Virus record (IMG/VR): IMGVR_UViG_3300009068_004979
Length of the DNA: 64,000 nt
Source: a virus
Reading direction: 5' to 3' (one strand)
A program made the translations under genes and the position numbers. Below the pieces are notes generated by a model, which was not told the DNA's origin, ran no database searches, and saw only the letters and a list, made by a program, of their open reading frames with translations. This document shows positions 55,658 through 63,842 of this stretch, piece by piece; positions within the stretch are counted from its first letter, which is position 1, and every line of letters starts with the position of its first letter.

Positions 55658-56613
55658 AATCTTACCCCGTACGGTACTTTACTTAAATTTAACGCGCCCA
55701 GATTGCAACCACCAGCATAACTTATTGCACTCTGCAAGTCCTGCTTTATCTCTTCCATTTTTTCGAGATATGTGAATGTATCTGTTTCCATGAGCTTCAT
55801 TGTACCTTCAATATTTTTCTTTTCAATCTTATTATGCTGACTTGCAGAACCAAAGTATTGTTTATACCGCCTGCCACTTGCATCCTTAACAAGTGGTGCC
55901 GGGCTATCCGAACAAGCAGCAAATATGGACCCACACATGACCATGCTTGCACCTGCTACAAGAGCTTTAGCGATATCACCGTTGCAGCGCACTCCGCCGT
56001 CTGCAATAATGGGAATATTTCTATCCTTGGCGCATTCTATTATGCAGCTAAACATAGGATAGGTGAACCCTGTCTTGTCTTTTGTAGTGCATGCATACCC
56101 ACCACCAATGCCGGCTTTTACAACATCAGCCCCAACATTATGTAAATATTCTACACCTTGAAAAGTTGCAACATTGCCTGCAATAATCTTTGCATTGGGA
56201 ATCACTTGCTTGATATGTTTAATTTGATCTGCTACTTTTGAATGATGGCCATGAGCAACATCTATGGTTATAAAATCGACTCTCATCATGCTCTGCGCAA
56301 TGGATGTTAATATGTTCTTATCTTTCTGCTGTATCCCTACACTTATAGAGATAGTATGAAACTCTTGAAGATTAGCATAGCGGACAAAGTTGTTTATATC
56401 TTCATCAAACCTATGCATGATATAAAAATAGCCATGCTTATCTAAAAGCATGCATGTGTCTGTATCTACACAACACTTCATATTTGCAGGCACAACTGGT
56501 AGCTTAAATGTACGAGATCCAAACATTATATCTGTATCAATCTCTGCTCTGGATTGTACTGAATTAAAATTAGGCTTGAGAAAAACGTTTTCGTAGTGTA
56601 GAGATAAATCCAT
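55654..56613 (-). CDS. guaC: GMP reductase
   Basis: LPVVPANM, YFYIMHRF, ITIDVAHGH, AGNV, GIGGGYACTT, IIADGG, YFGSAS, LQSAISYAG. Confidence 0.92.
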   Translation of the reverse strand: MDLSLHYENVFLKPNFNSVQSRAEIDTDIMFGSRTFKLPVVPANMKCCVDTDTCMLLDKHGYFYIMHRFDEDINNFVRYANLQEFHTISISVGIQQKDKNILTSIAQSMMRVDFITIDVAHGHHSKVADQIKHIKQVIPNAKIIAGNVATFQGVEYLHNVGADVVKAGIGGGYACTTKDKTGFTYPMFSCIIECAKDRNIPIIADGGVRCNGDIAKALVAGASMVMCGSIFAACSDSPAPLVKDASGRRYKQYFGSASQHNKIEKKNIEGTMKLMETDTFTYLEKMEEIKQDLQSAISYAGGCNLGALNLSKVPYGVRL

Positions 56614-56614
56614 A

Positions 56615-57184
56615 TTAGCGTTCTAAGATTTTATATGCTGTGAAAAAGCTTTTCCAGAGATCAAGTGCTGTGTCTCGCAATGCACCGTAAACACCACCTA
56701 ACGACATTCCCTCAATGCCTGTGCCCTGGCTCATTAATATTTCTCCTTCATCTACCCCAGGTGTTACTCTGTGTATAACACAGCCTGCTAATTTATACCC
56801 CTCAGCAAAAGCTCTTTCTTGTGGATTGAATCCCTTTAAAGAAGGATATTTATCTATCAATCCAGGATGCAAATTATATATTTCATATTTTTCACAAATC
56901 TCTTTGGGAATAATTCTTAAAAACCCATGCAATGTAATAACAGGGTTCTCAAAACAATTCAATACGCCTTCATAGTCACTCACAGTTGGTTTCTGCGGCA
57001 ACTGAATCCAAATATTTTCATTTAGTTTCTGTGATCTAAATTCTGTTACTACTTTTAATCTAATATTAGTATTCTTATGATTCTGTTTGTTTGTTGCAAT
57101 ACAATCTGGGTATATGCCAAGTGCATTACTAAGATCATATATCTCAGTACCAGTTTGCGAAAAAAATGTTACCCAAGGTCTCAT
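56615..57184 (-). CDS. PurN-like formyltransferase (candidate preQ1 formyltransferase, DpdN-like)
   Basis: FFSQTG, LHGFLRII, YNLHPG, GCVIHRV..GVDEG. Confidence 0.82.
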   Translation of the reverse strand: MRPWVTFFSQTGTEIYDLSNALGIYPDCIATNKQNHKNTNIRLKVVTEFRSQKLNENIWIQLPQKPTVSDYEGVLNCFENPVITLHGFLRIIPKEICEKYEIYNLHPGLIDKYPSLKGFNPQERAFAEGYKLAGCVIHRVTPGVDEGEILMSQGTGIEGMSLGGVYGALRDTALDLWKSFFTAYKILER

Positions 57185-57993
57185 CTGCGAACAATCTTCT
57201 TAAACATTGCAGTGTTATACTTTACAAGTTCAAGTTGATCATCTGTAAAATTGTGTGTAATGAGGTCAGCTAATTTAGTTGATGGTTTATTATCTAAACC
57301 ATAATCAGCATCATACTTCAATCCATGTATAGCAGCAACAACGGGATTGCTGGTATCACAACTAACAATATTGTTAATATCTCTATCCACATAATATCTA
57401 AACTCCTTAGCTAAAGAGCAACCAAGCAGATGATGCGGCTTGCTCCAATTCCATACACCTGTATTTATGAGATCAGCAATGAAGCGCTGACGGCCAGTGC
57501 ACCACTTCTCAAGATGTGTCATACCTTCACCAGTAGTTAGGTAATAACTAAAATCAAAACTTATGGCAATCATGTCAGCATTATCTGCCATAAATTTGTA
57601 GCATTCTTTTAACTCATGCCAAGTTTTACCCTGCACAGCGCCTATGGCTTTTGTAAGAAAACTATCCTTAATATTGAGTGTGTAATTCGCAAAAGCTTTG
57701 AAGCTTTGCATTGTGCCTTGAGCATCTTCCAGCACATCTGGCACAATAAACATGTTTGGCTTGATCTCTTTAGCCTTTACCCAGAACTCGCGACTATCAA
57801 AAGCTTTACCCAATTCAAAAATAGAATTATCAAGCAGCACTTCTCTATTGTAAATATGTCTAGCTGATTTAAAAAAGTCATTATATGCAGGATATTGATC
57901 CAAGAGATGCACAAGACAGTAGTCAAAATCATTATAATCCCTTGAGAGATCAAGTATAGATACAGGAGATTCGTGAGATACTTTCATTAGCAT
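57181..57993 (-). CDS. TGT/DpdA-like guanine transglycosylase (start corrected to ATG 57993)
   Basis: LLDNSIFE, VPDV, GAVQG, HHLLG, SCDTS correspond to TGT-barrel motifs; leads the queF operon. Confidence 0.72.
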   Translation of the reverse strand: MLMKVSHESPVSILDLSRDYNDFDYCLVHLLDQYPAYNDFFKSARHIYNREVLLDNSIFELGKAFDSREFWVKAKEIKPNMFIVPDVLEDAQGTMQSFKAFANYTLNIKDSFLTKAIGAVQGKTWHELKECYKFMADNADMIAISFDFSYYLTTGEGMTHLEKWCTGRQRFIADLINTGVWNWSKPHHLLGCSLAKEFRYYVDRDINNIVSCDTSNPVVAAIHGLKYDADYGLDNKPSTKLADLITHNFTDDQLELVKYNTAMFKKIVRR

Positions 57994-57999
57994 AATAAC

Positions 58000-58027
58000 A
58001 TTATACAAGTAAATAATAATATATCAA
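58000..58027 (-). promoter_or_regulatory. Sigma70-like promoter of the TGT-like to queF operon, overlapping a divergent late TAAATA (58010-58015, +)
   Basis: TTGATA-N16-TATAAT, 6 nt from ATG 57993. Confidence 0.72.
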
Positions 58028-58029
58028 CA

Positions 58030-60747
58030 ATGAATTATCCACAATATTACGGTAATTACCTGGGCATAGTTGTACAGAATAACGATCCGCTTAAGCGCGG
58101 CCGTGTTAAAGTTTTTGTACCACATATTTCACCGACTGTATACAAAAATTGGACAGAAATTAAAAGGGACAAGAAATTTAAATTCGTTGGTGTTAACACA
58201 TACAGTGATTTAACAGATGTTGTAGAAGATTTAAAAAGGATTTTACCTTGGGCTGAATGTGCTGCTCCTCTAGCAGGTCAATCAAGTAGTGGTCGGTATA
58301 ATGTGTATCAAAATACCGGTTCCATAAGCAGCAGCAACAAGTTACCCACAACAGTATCTAATCTTTCATCATGCGAAATAACGCCAGAAATTTTAACCAA
58401 ATATACTCAAAATCGTGATGCAATCGGTGAGAAGCCAGGCAACATGTATGATGCAAATTACTTCCGACTTAATGATGCATTCAGTGATCCCACGCAAACC
58501 AATGTTAATAATGTTAATAAATTGAGTTATGCATATACACCTGAATGCTATAGTAACAGTGCTAATGGTGCTTTTGCTATCCCCAATGTAGGGTCTCATT
58601 TGTGGGTATTTTTTAACGCCGGTGATCCATTAAGACCAGTTTATTTTGCTTCTTCATTTGGTGTTGAGGATTGGAGAAGTATTTTTGATGCTGGTAGTGC
58701 TCGCTCAACAGATTTTTCTATTGTAACAGGAGCTAGTCAGGGCATGGATTACCCGGGTGAATATGAAAACAAAAGACTTGCTGCAAACGAAGAATATAAT
58801 ATCAATACAGAAAATTATCGCAACAAATATGTTATCAACCAGAAAGGCGGCACATTACAATTTGTAAATTCTGATAATCGAGAGATGTTAAAGCTAACTC
58901 ACTTCTCCGGTTCATTCAAGGAATTTAATAATTATGCAAATATTGAGCTTGCTACTGCTAATGATCAAAAATTAGTAATGGGAGATCAATTCCTAACGGT
59001 GCGCGGTGATAGAAATGAATATACTGAAAAAGATCATGACTTCCTAGTCAAAGGAGATTATTTTAGAAAAATTGGCAATTTGAACGCTGACCTAGCCAAA
59101 CAATGGAAGGGGATTGTCAGTGAAATTGCAGACTTGAAACAGCTGTTTGATATTCAACGCACTAATGGAACAAGTACAGGTGTTCCAAAACTTTCTTCAA
59201 AATTACAGAAAAAATTAGGCAGAGCTGCACCTTGTCCAGTATGCTCTGATCCTTTCAATACATATTTTTATTATAATAATTCTTACCTGCCTGTAGGGTT
59301 TACTAATCAAGTAAACGGAACATTAGCTGACAGTGGTGGTGATTACTTGTACTCCATGTCCATTGTAAATGGTGTTTCACTACCTAGTGTTAGATACCCC
59401 GGTCTTCTGGGCACAGTAAACTATACCAGCCCCAATACAGTGCTAGGTGGTGCCGTTGATTTTTCTGTGTGGCCATCAGGCAACGGTCGTATCTTTGGCG
59501 CCAAATGCCCATGCTGCAATGGTACAACTCTGAGCCCTTCATCCTATGCAGGAGATTGGGTAGCCGATAGTAGAAAGTCTCAAATAACAGCTAAGATTAA
59601 TAATCAAATTGCCACATTAGCTGAAATAGAGAAGAAAATGGGTCTGGGTGGTAATGAAATTGTAGAAATTACCAAACACAAAATTGAAACAATTGGAACA
59701 GTTATGAATGATTTCGGATCAATTAGAGTTGATCCACAAGGAAAAATCTTCATAACAGATGTGCAGATAGCACCATATGGAGTATTCTATAACCGCCAGC
59801 CATCGCCACTCATTGAATATGTGCACGTGGATGACTTACCTGGTGGTAATTACACACTTAATGTATGTAATCGTTACAATGTGCAAGTGGGTTCTGGTGG
59901 TATCAATTTAAAAACATATGGACCCCTTAACATAGCAGGTGCCATTACTAATGTAGCTGGTGAACAGGTCAATATTGCCAGTGAAAATGAAGTAAACATA
60001 GATGGTGGCAGAAGATTGTCACTCATTGCTGATATCATTAGCATCAGACAGAGAAACAGAAAGCAGGTTGTAATTGAAGGCAATCTTGGCATTACTGCTA
60101 ATGCTACTGTAGCAGGCTCCATGCATGTGGAAGGTGAAATCTTTACTAACCATGTAACCGCACCAGTGGAAATACAAGCTACAGAGCAGTCCACTGTGTA
60201 TGGTGCTGCCGCAACAGACTTCAATAATAACAATGGCAAGATCATTGGCTTTGGTGTGCCCATGTCAAAATTGGCTCTTAAGGGTAGACTGGGCAAGTTC
60301 TACACACCCAATCAAGTGGGTACTGCATACATTGGTAAGACTGACAGCACTGTGTTTATTGGTAAAACAGATACTGCACAAATTGTTGGATACCTAAAAC
60401 CTGCAGATGTTAGCGCCATGATAAAAGACGGCGATGGAGATCCATGCAGCGCTACCGGTAATGTACCAATTTATGGTAGCAATATTAACTGTGTCAAAGG
60501 TACTGATATTAATGGTGTGTATGGTTCCAATGAAGGTGGCACAGGTGCAACAGCTGAATCAATGCCCATCATTGTGTATGGCACTGGGCGCGATGATGAC
60601 AGTGTCAAGATGGATCCACACAGTCACTTATTTAAAAACTTACCACTCACACTATATGAGACAAATAGTGAAGTAAGAAAAGCTGCAAGTACCATTAACG
60701 ACGGTGCTCAGGTCTGTTGCAATCCGGTTACAAATAATCAGAAATAA
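58030..60747 (+). CDS. Baseplate hub/central spike protein (gp5/VgrG-like)
   Basis: OB-fold start YLGIVVQNNDPLKRGRVKV, PWA, P.VGS..WVFF..GD...PVY, beta-helix-like repeats, C-terminal HSH. Confidence 0.8.
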   Translation: MNYPQYYGNYLGIVVQNNDPLKRGRVKVFVPHISPTVYKNWTEIKRDKKFKFVGVNTYSDLTDVVEDLKRILPWAECAAPLAGQSSSGRYNVYQNTGSISSSNKLPTTVSNLSSCEITPEILTKYTQNRDAIGEKPGNMYDANYFRLNDAFSDPTQTNVNNVNKLSYAYTPECYSNSANGAFAIPNVGSHLWVFFNAGDPLRPVYFASSFGVEDWRSIFDAGSARSTDFSIVTGASQGMDYPGEYENKRLAANEEYNINTENYRNKYVINQKGGTLQFVNSDNREMLKLTHFSGSFKEFNNYANIELATANDQKLVMGDQFLTVRGDRNEYTEKDHDFLVKGDYFRKIGNLNADLAKQWKGIVSEIADLKQLFDIQRTNGTSTGVPKLSSKLQKKLGRAAPCPVCSDPFNTYFYYNNSYLPVGFTNQVNGTLADSGGDYLYSMSIVNGVSLPSVRYPGLLGTVNYTSPNTVLGGAVDFSVWPSGNGRIFGAKCPCCNGTTLSPSSYAGDWVADSRKSQITAKINNQIATLAEIEKKMGLGGNEIVEITKHKIETIGTVMNDFGSIRVDPQGKIFITDVQIAPYGVFYNRQPSPLIEYVHVDDLPGGNYTLNVCNRYNVQVGSGGINLKTYGPLNIAGAITNVAGEQVNIASENEVNIDGGRRLSLIADIISIRQRNRKQVVIEGNLGITANATVAGSMHVEGEIFTNHVTAPVEIQATEQSTVYGAAATDFNNNNGKIIGFGVPMSKLALKGRLGKFYTPNQVGTAYIGKTDSTVFIGKTDTAQIVGYLKPADVSAMIKDGDGDPCSATGNVPIYGSNINCVKGTDINGVYGSNEGGTGATAESMPIIVYGTGRDDDSVKMDPHSHLFKNLPLTLYETNSEVRKAASTINDGAQVCCNPVTNNQK

Positions 60748-60749
60748 GC

Positions 60750-60944
60750 TTATCTAGTTTTACGCCAGTCAATGCGATGATGTATGCACCAATCTAGTAA
60801 GGCCACTTCAAAACCAACATCTTTGCCTTGCTTCTCTGAAAGACACCATTTGTGTTTGAGTATTTCATCTCTTTCAGCTGTGAATTCCCTGTAAAGCGCT
60901 GTACTTTTTAACTGCATCTCTATCCCTGATAGTGTGCTGTGCAC
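60750..60944 (-). CDS. Small DUF4032-like protein
   Basis: LYREF.AER.EILKHKW..SEK.G.DVGFE.ALLDW; TATAAATA 5 nt upstream. Confidence 0.75.
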   Translation of the reverse strand: MHSTLSGIEMQLKSTALYREFTAERDEILKHKWCLSEKQGKDVGFEVALLDWCIHHRIDWRKTR

Positions 60945-61094
60945 ATGATTATTTATAGTATATGCTCAACAGTTCGTAAGCAACAACAAAATATTATATA
61001 AAAACAAACCATCTCTAATATACTAGTAACTATCAAAATAGTTCCCGCCAACCCACCCCTAGTATATCAAGTATAACTGCTCCTTCGAGAATAT

Positions 61095-61325
61095 TTATTT
61101 TTGGTCAGCTAGTTTTTTTAATATACTATCAGCAACATGTTGTTTATCATCCTGCAGGTGGGATTTACACTGTGGTAAAATAGCTTCTAACCATCGAGAC
61201 TTGAAGCATTTGATCAAATCTATATTAACATTGCAGTTGAGTTGCTGCAATACATTTTGACATAGGAAATAAATTAATGATAATTCTTCTTCGTCTAAAG
61301 TATCAAGAAAGTTTTTGGTGATCAT
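61095..61325 (-). CDS. Hypothetical protein
   Basis: 76-aa ORF overlapping the upstream gene. Confidence 0.5.
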   Translation of the reverse strand: MITKNFLDTLDEEELSLIYFLCQNVLQQLNCNVNIDLIKCFKSRWLEAILPQCKSHLQDDKQHVADSILKKLADQK

Positions 61326-61884
61326 TTAATTCTTTAATAAAGTTGTCAAGCTTGAAGCTTGTGTTTGTTTTGCTGCTCAATACAAATATAGTATAATACC
61401 CAAGTCGCTGAAAGCTAGGACAGACATCATCAAAAGAATTCGCATAAAGGTCTTCTAAATTACATGTCTCTTTAACCATATCAGCAACATATCTACCATC
61501 AATTGGGTAAATGCCTTTTTGCAGAAAGCTAAAACAATCATCACATGTTAAATTATATTCACTCAAAAGATTTTTATAAAATTTTAAATTTACTTCTGCA
61601 GGCAGTGTTAGGTTGAGTTGCTCTAGCTGATTAATCAGCGGAATATATTTCGATTTAGCCGTTAATTTTAATCCACGTAAAAACATGGGCTGAATATTTT
61701 TTGTTGTAAGAAAATGAATATAGTTTACTGGATTGTAAGACTTTTTAATTTGCAGGCGCTCTTGATCATACTTGTTTTTAATAATAAACCCAATCATGAC
61801 TGTTGGGTAGTCATTCTCATATAAAAATTGAAAACCATCAGTGTTCACAGGTTCACCTGCGAAACCAATATCAATAAAGTTCAT
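61303..61884 (-). CDS. Hypothetical protein
   Basis: 193-aa ORF with its own promoter. Confidence 0.65.
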   Translation of the reverse strand: MNFIDIGFAGEPVNTDGFQFLYENDYPTVMIGFIIKNKYDQERLQIKKSYNPVNYIHFLTTKNIQPMFLRGLKLTAKSKYIPLINQLEQLNLTLPAEVNLKFYKNLLSEYNLTCDDCFSFLQKGIYPIDGRYVADMVKETCNLEDLYANSFDDVCPSFQRLGYYTIFVLSSKTNTSFKLDNFIKELNDHQKLS

Positions 61885-61890
61885 GTAGTT

Positions 61891-61918
61891 ATGATAACTA
61901 CATTATTTTCAAGATCAA
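61891..61918 (-). promoter_or_regulatory. Sigma70-like promoter
   Basis: TTGATC-N16-TATCAT, 6 nt from ATG. Confidence 0.7.
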
Positions 61919-61925
61919 TGGGATA

Positions 61926-62315
61926 TTATCCTCTTTTTAAGAATTCAGATAATAGCAAGACGAGTAGCGAAGTTGCTGAAGCGATAATGGATGTTGTAAT
62001 TGCTGTTCTGAAACTCCATTGGCTATGTGAGTTAGCAGATTTTTTAGTAAATTCTGTAGCTATTTGTGAAGAGATATTTGCAAATTTTTCTGTTACAACC
62101 TCTGTGATATTCTTAAATTTGAGTCCCATTTCCGATTCTAATGTTTCAAGCTTATGCTCGAGCATAGTTTCTAAAGAATTAATCTTGCTTTCTAATTTAG
62201 TAACTTGTGATACAAGTGATGGAGAGCCATTGCCTTGATACACAGTCTTATAAAGACTTTCGAGCTCTTTCTTTACTTGAATCAATTCTTTAGTCTGTGC
62301 TGTACTTTTTGCCAT
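61926..62315 (-). CDS. Coiled-coil protein with C-terminal transmembrane helix (possible holin-like)
   Basis: GNG..L..V..LE coiled coil then AITTSIIASATSLLVLLL; late operon. Confidence 0.5.
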   Translation of the reverse strand: MAKSTAQTKELIQVKKELESLYKTVYQGNGSPSLVSQVTKLESKINSLETMLEHKLETLESEMGLKFKNITEVVTEKFANISSQIATEFTKKSANSHSQWSFRTAITTSIIASATSLLVLLLSEFLKRG

Positions 62316-62318
62316 AAA

Positions 62319-62573
62319 TTATGTTACAGTAAAGGAATAAGAGAGTATGCCTCTTGGCAAAGTATATACTCTTCCTTCTACACGCCCTTTTGCGTATTTG
62401 ATTACAATAGTAACTCTATCATTTGTAACTATTGGACCGTTAATAACTTCAACATTGCCTAAATTTATAGAGTAGCTCTTAATACCTGTTGTAACATCGA
62501 ACACTTGCAACACGTTACGACCCTGAAGAACTGCAGTATATAACACATTCGGCAAAGAAGCTTTCTTTAGCAT
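62319..62573 (-). CDS. Hypothetical late protein
   Basis: TAAATA 6 nt upstream; 84 aa, beta-rich. Confidence 0.55.
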   Translation of the reverse strand: MLKKASLPNVLYTAVLQGRNVLQVFDVTTGIKSYSINLGNVEVINGPIVTNDRVTIVIKYAKGRVEGRVYTLPRGILSYSFTVT

Positions 62574-62624
62574 ATGAAATATTTATGTTGTTTATGAAGT
62601 GTTTTTAATAAATAATTCTGTACT

Positions 62625-63842
62625 ATGGCCAATCAGTTAACCAAGATTCTTATTAGACGTGGTAGTGATGTACAGAGAAAGACCGCCAATACAGTAGGCA
62701 TAGCTTTTGATTTAGGCGAACCGGCATTCACATTTGATACCAAGAGATTGTATGTTGGCGACGGCATTACGTCTGGTGGAATTCCTGTGGGTGTCAGAAA
62801 CTTGGGTTCTGTCGGCTCACTCTTCGGCAACGATACTAATGGATTCTCAACAGAAGCAGTTAATGTGTTTACATTAAGCGGATGTGAAGTAGGTGATTTA
62901 ATTTACGACAGAACAACTCGAGTTCTTTACAGCTTGTCAGCAAGAAGCAACAATCCGCCCAACCCACCTCTTTCTGCAAATTTAACCAAGTATGATACAG
63001 CTGCACTTGTGGATGGATCATATATTGCATATAATACTAACAATCAACTCACAATAGTTGATAATTCTATAGATCCTACAAAAGTAAGTTCATCCATAGC
63101 TGCACCAGGTGGAGGTCTGCAGAAAGTCTCAAATGTTGCTGGAATTAATATAGCTCCAAATGGTGTCATAAACACCATGCTTGATAACATGCCTGGTAAC
63201 TCAACAAAAATTAACAACACCGGATCATCTAATACACCAAATGATGTTGTTGTGGGAATCAATCAAGTTGTAGGTCGCACAGCTACTTCTGCTCTTACAG
63301 CTATTAACTTTAGTGAAGTTGTAGCGGCAGCTGATTTCTACGGTACAAATGGTATTGTTATTAATCGATCCAGCGGCACACCAGTAATATCTCTAAGCTC
63401 AGCAACATTTACACTTGCAAGTAATACCATTACAATATCACAACCACTCACATTAACTCAAACACTCAGAGCTAATGGTGCAGCAGTATTTGGATCTTCA
63501 CTGAGTGCAATTGGCATCATTTCCTCGTCTAATGATATTATTGCTTTCTCCACATCAGATGTATCTCTTAAAGAAAATATTAAGACAATAAGCTCTCCAT
63601 TAGATAAGCTTAATAAAATATCTGGATATAATTTTGATTGGAAGACTAGCGAATATGATCATCTCAAAGGATCTGATGTGGGTGTATTAGCTCATGAAGT
63701 GGAGCAAATTATACCTGAAGCAGTAACTACACGCCCCAATGGTATTAAAGCTGTTAATTATACAAAAGTAATACCTCTCTTAATTGAAAGTATTAAGCAA
63801 TTAAAACAAGAGGTAACTGAGTTAAAAAATGAAAAGCTTTAA
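62625..63842 (+). CDS. Tail fibre/spike protein with C-terminal peptidase S74 chaperone domain
   Basis: N-terminal ILIRRG...GEPAFTFDTKRLYVGDG; C-terminal SDVSLKENI...GVLAHEVE..IPEAV...VNY...L.ESIKQL. Confidence 0.85.
   Translation: MANQLTKILIRRGSDVQRKTANTVGIAFDLGEPAFTFDTKRLYVGDGITSGGIPVGVRNLGSVGSLFGNDTNGFSTEAVNVFTLSGCEVGDLIYDRTTRVLYSLSARSNNPPNPPLSANLTKYDTAALVDGSYIAYNTNNQLTIVDNSIDPTKVSSSIAAPGGGLQKVSNVAGINIAPNGVINTMLDNMPGNSTKINNTGSSNTPNDVVVGINQVVGRTATSALTAINFSEVVAAADFYGTNGIVINRSSGTPVISLSSATFTLASNTITISQPLTLTQTLRANGAAVFGSSLSAIGIISSSNDIIAFSTSDVSLKENIKTISSPLDKLNKISGYNFDWKTSEYDHLKGSDVGVLAHEVEQIIPEAVTTRPNGIKAVNYTKVIPLLIESIKQLKQEVTELKNEKL

Noticed and set aside
56615-57184. De novo purine synthesis PurN
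   Set aside because: No other pur genes in the window; it lies between the TGT-like gene and queF, so a modification role fits better (not excluded)
1109-63262. Numerous 60-140 aa ORFs antisense or out of frame within long genes (e.g. 1552-1887, 27069-27437, 50987-51412, 52574-53029, 59874-60296)
   Set aside because: Shadow ORFs overlapping well-supported genes, with no motifs or promoter signals
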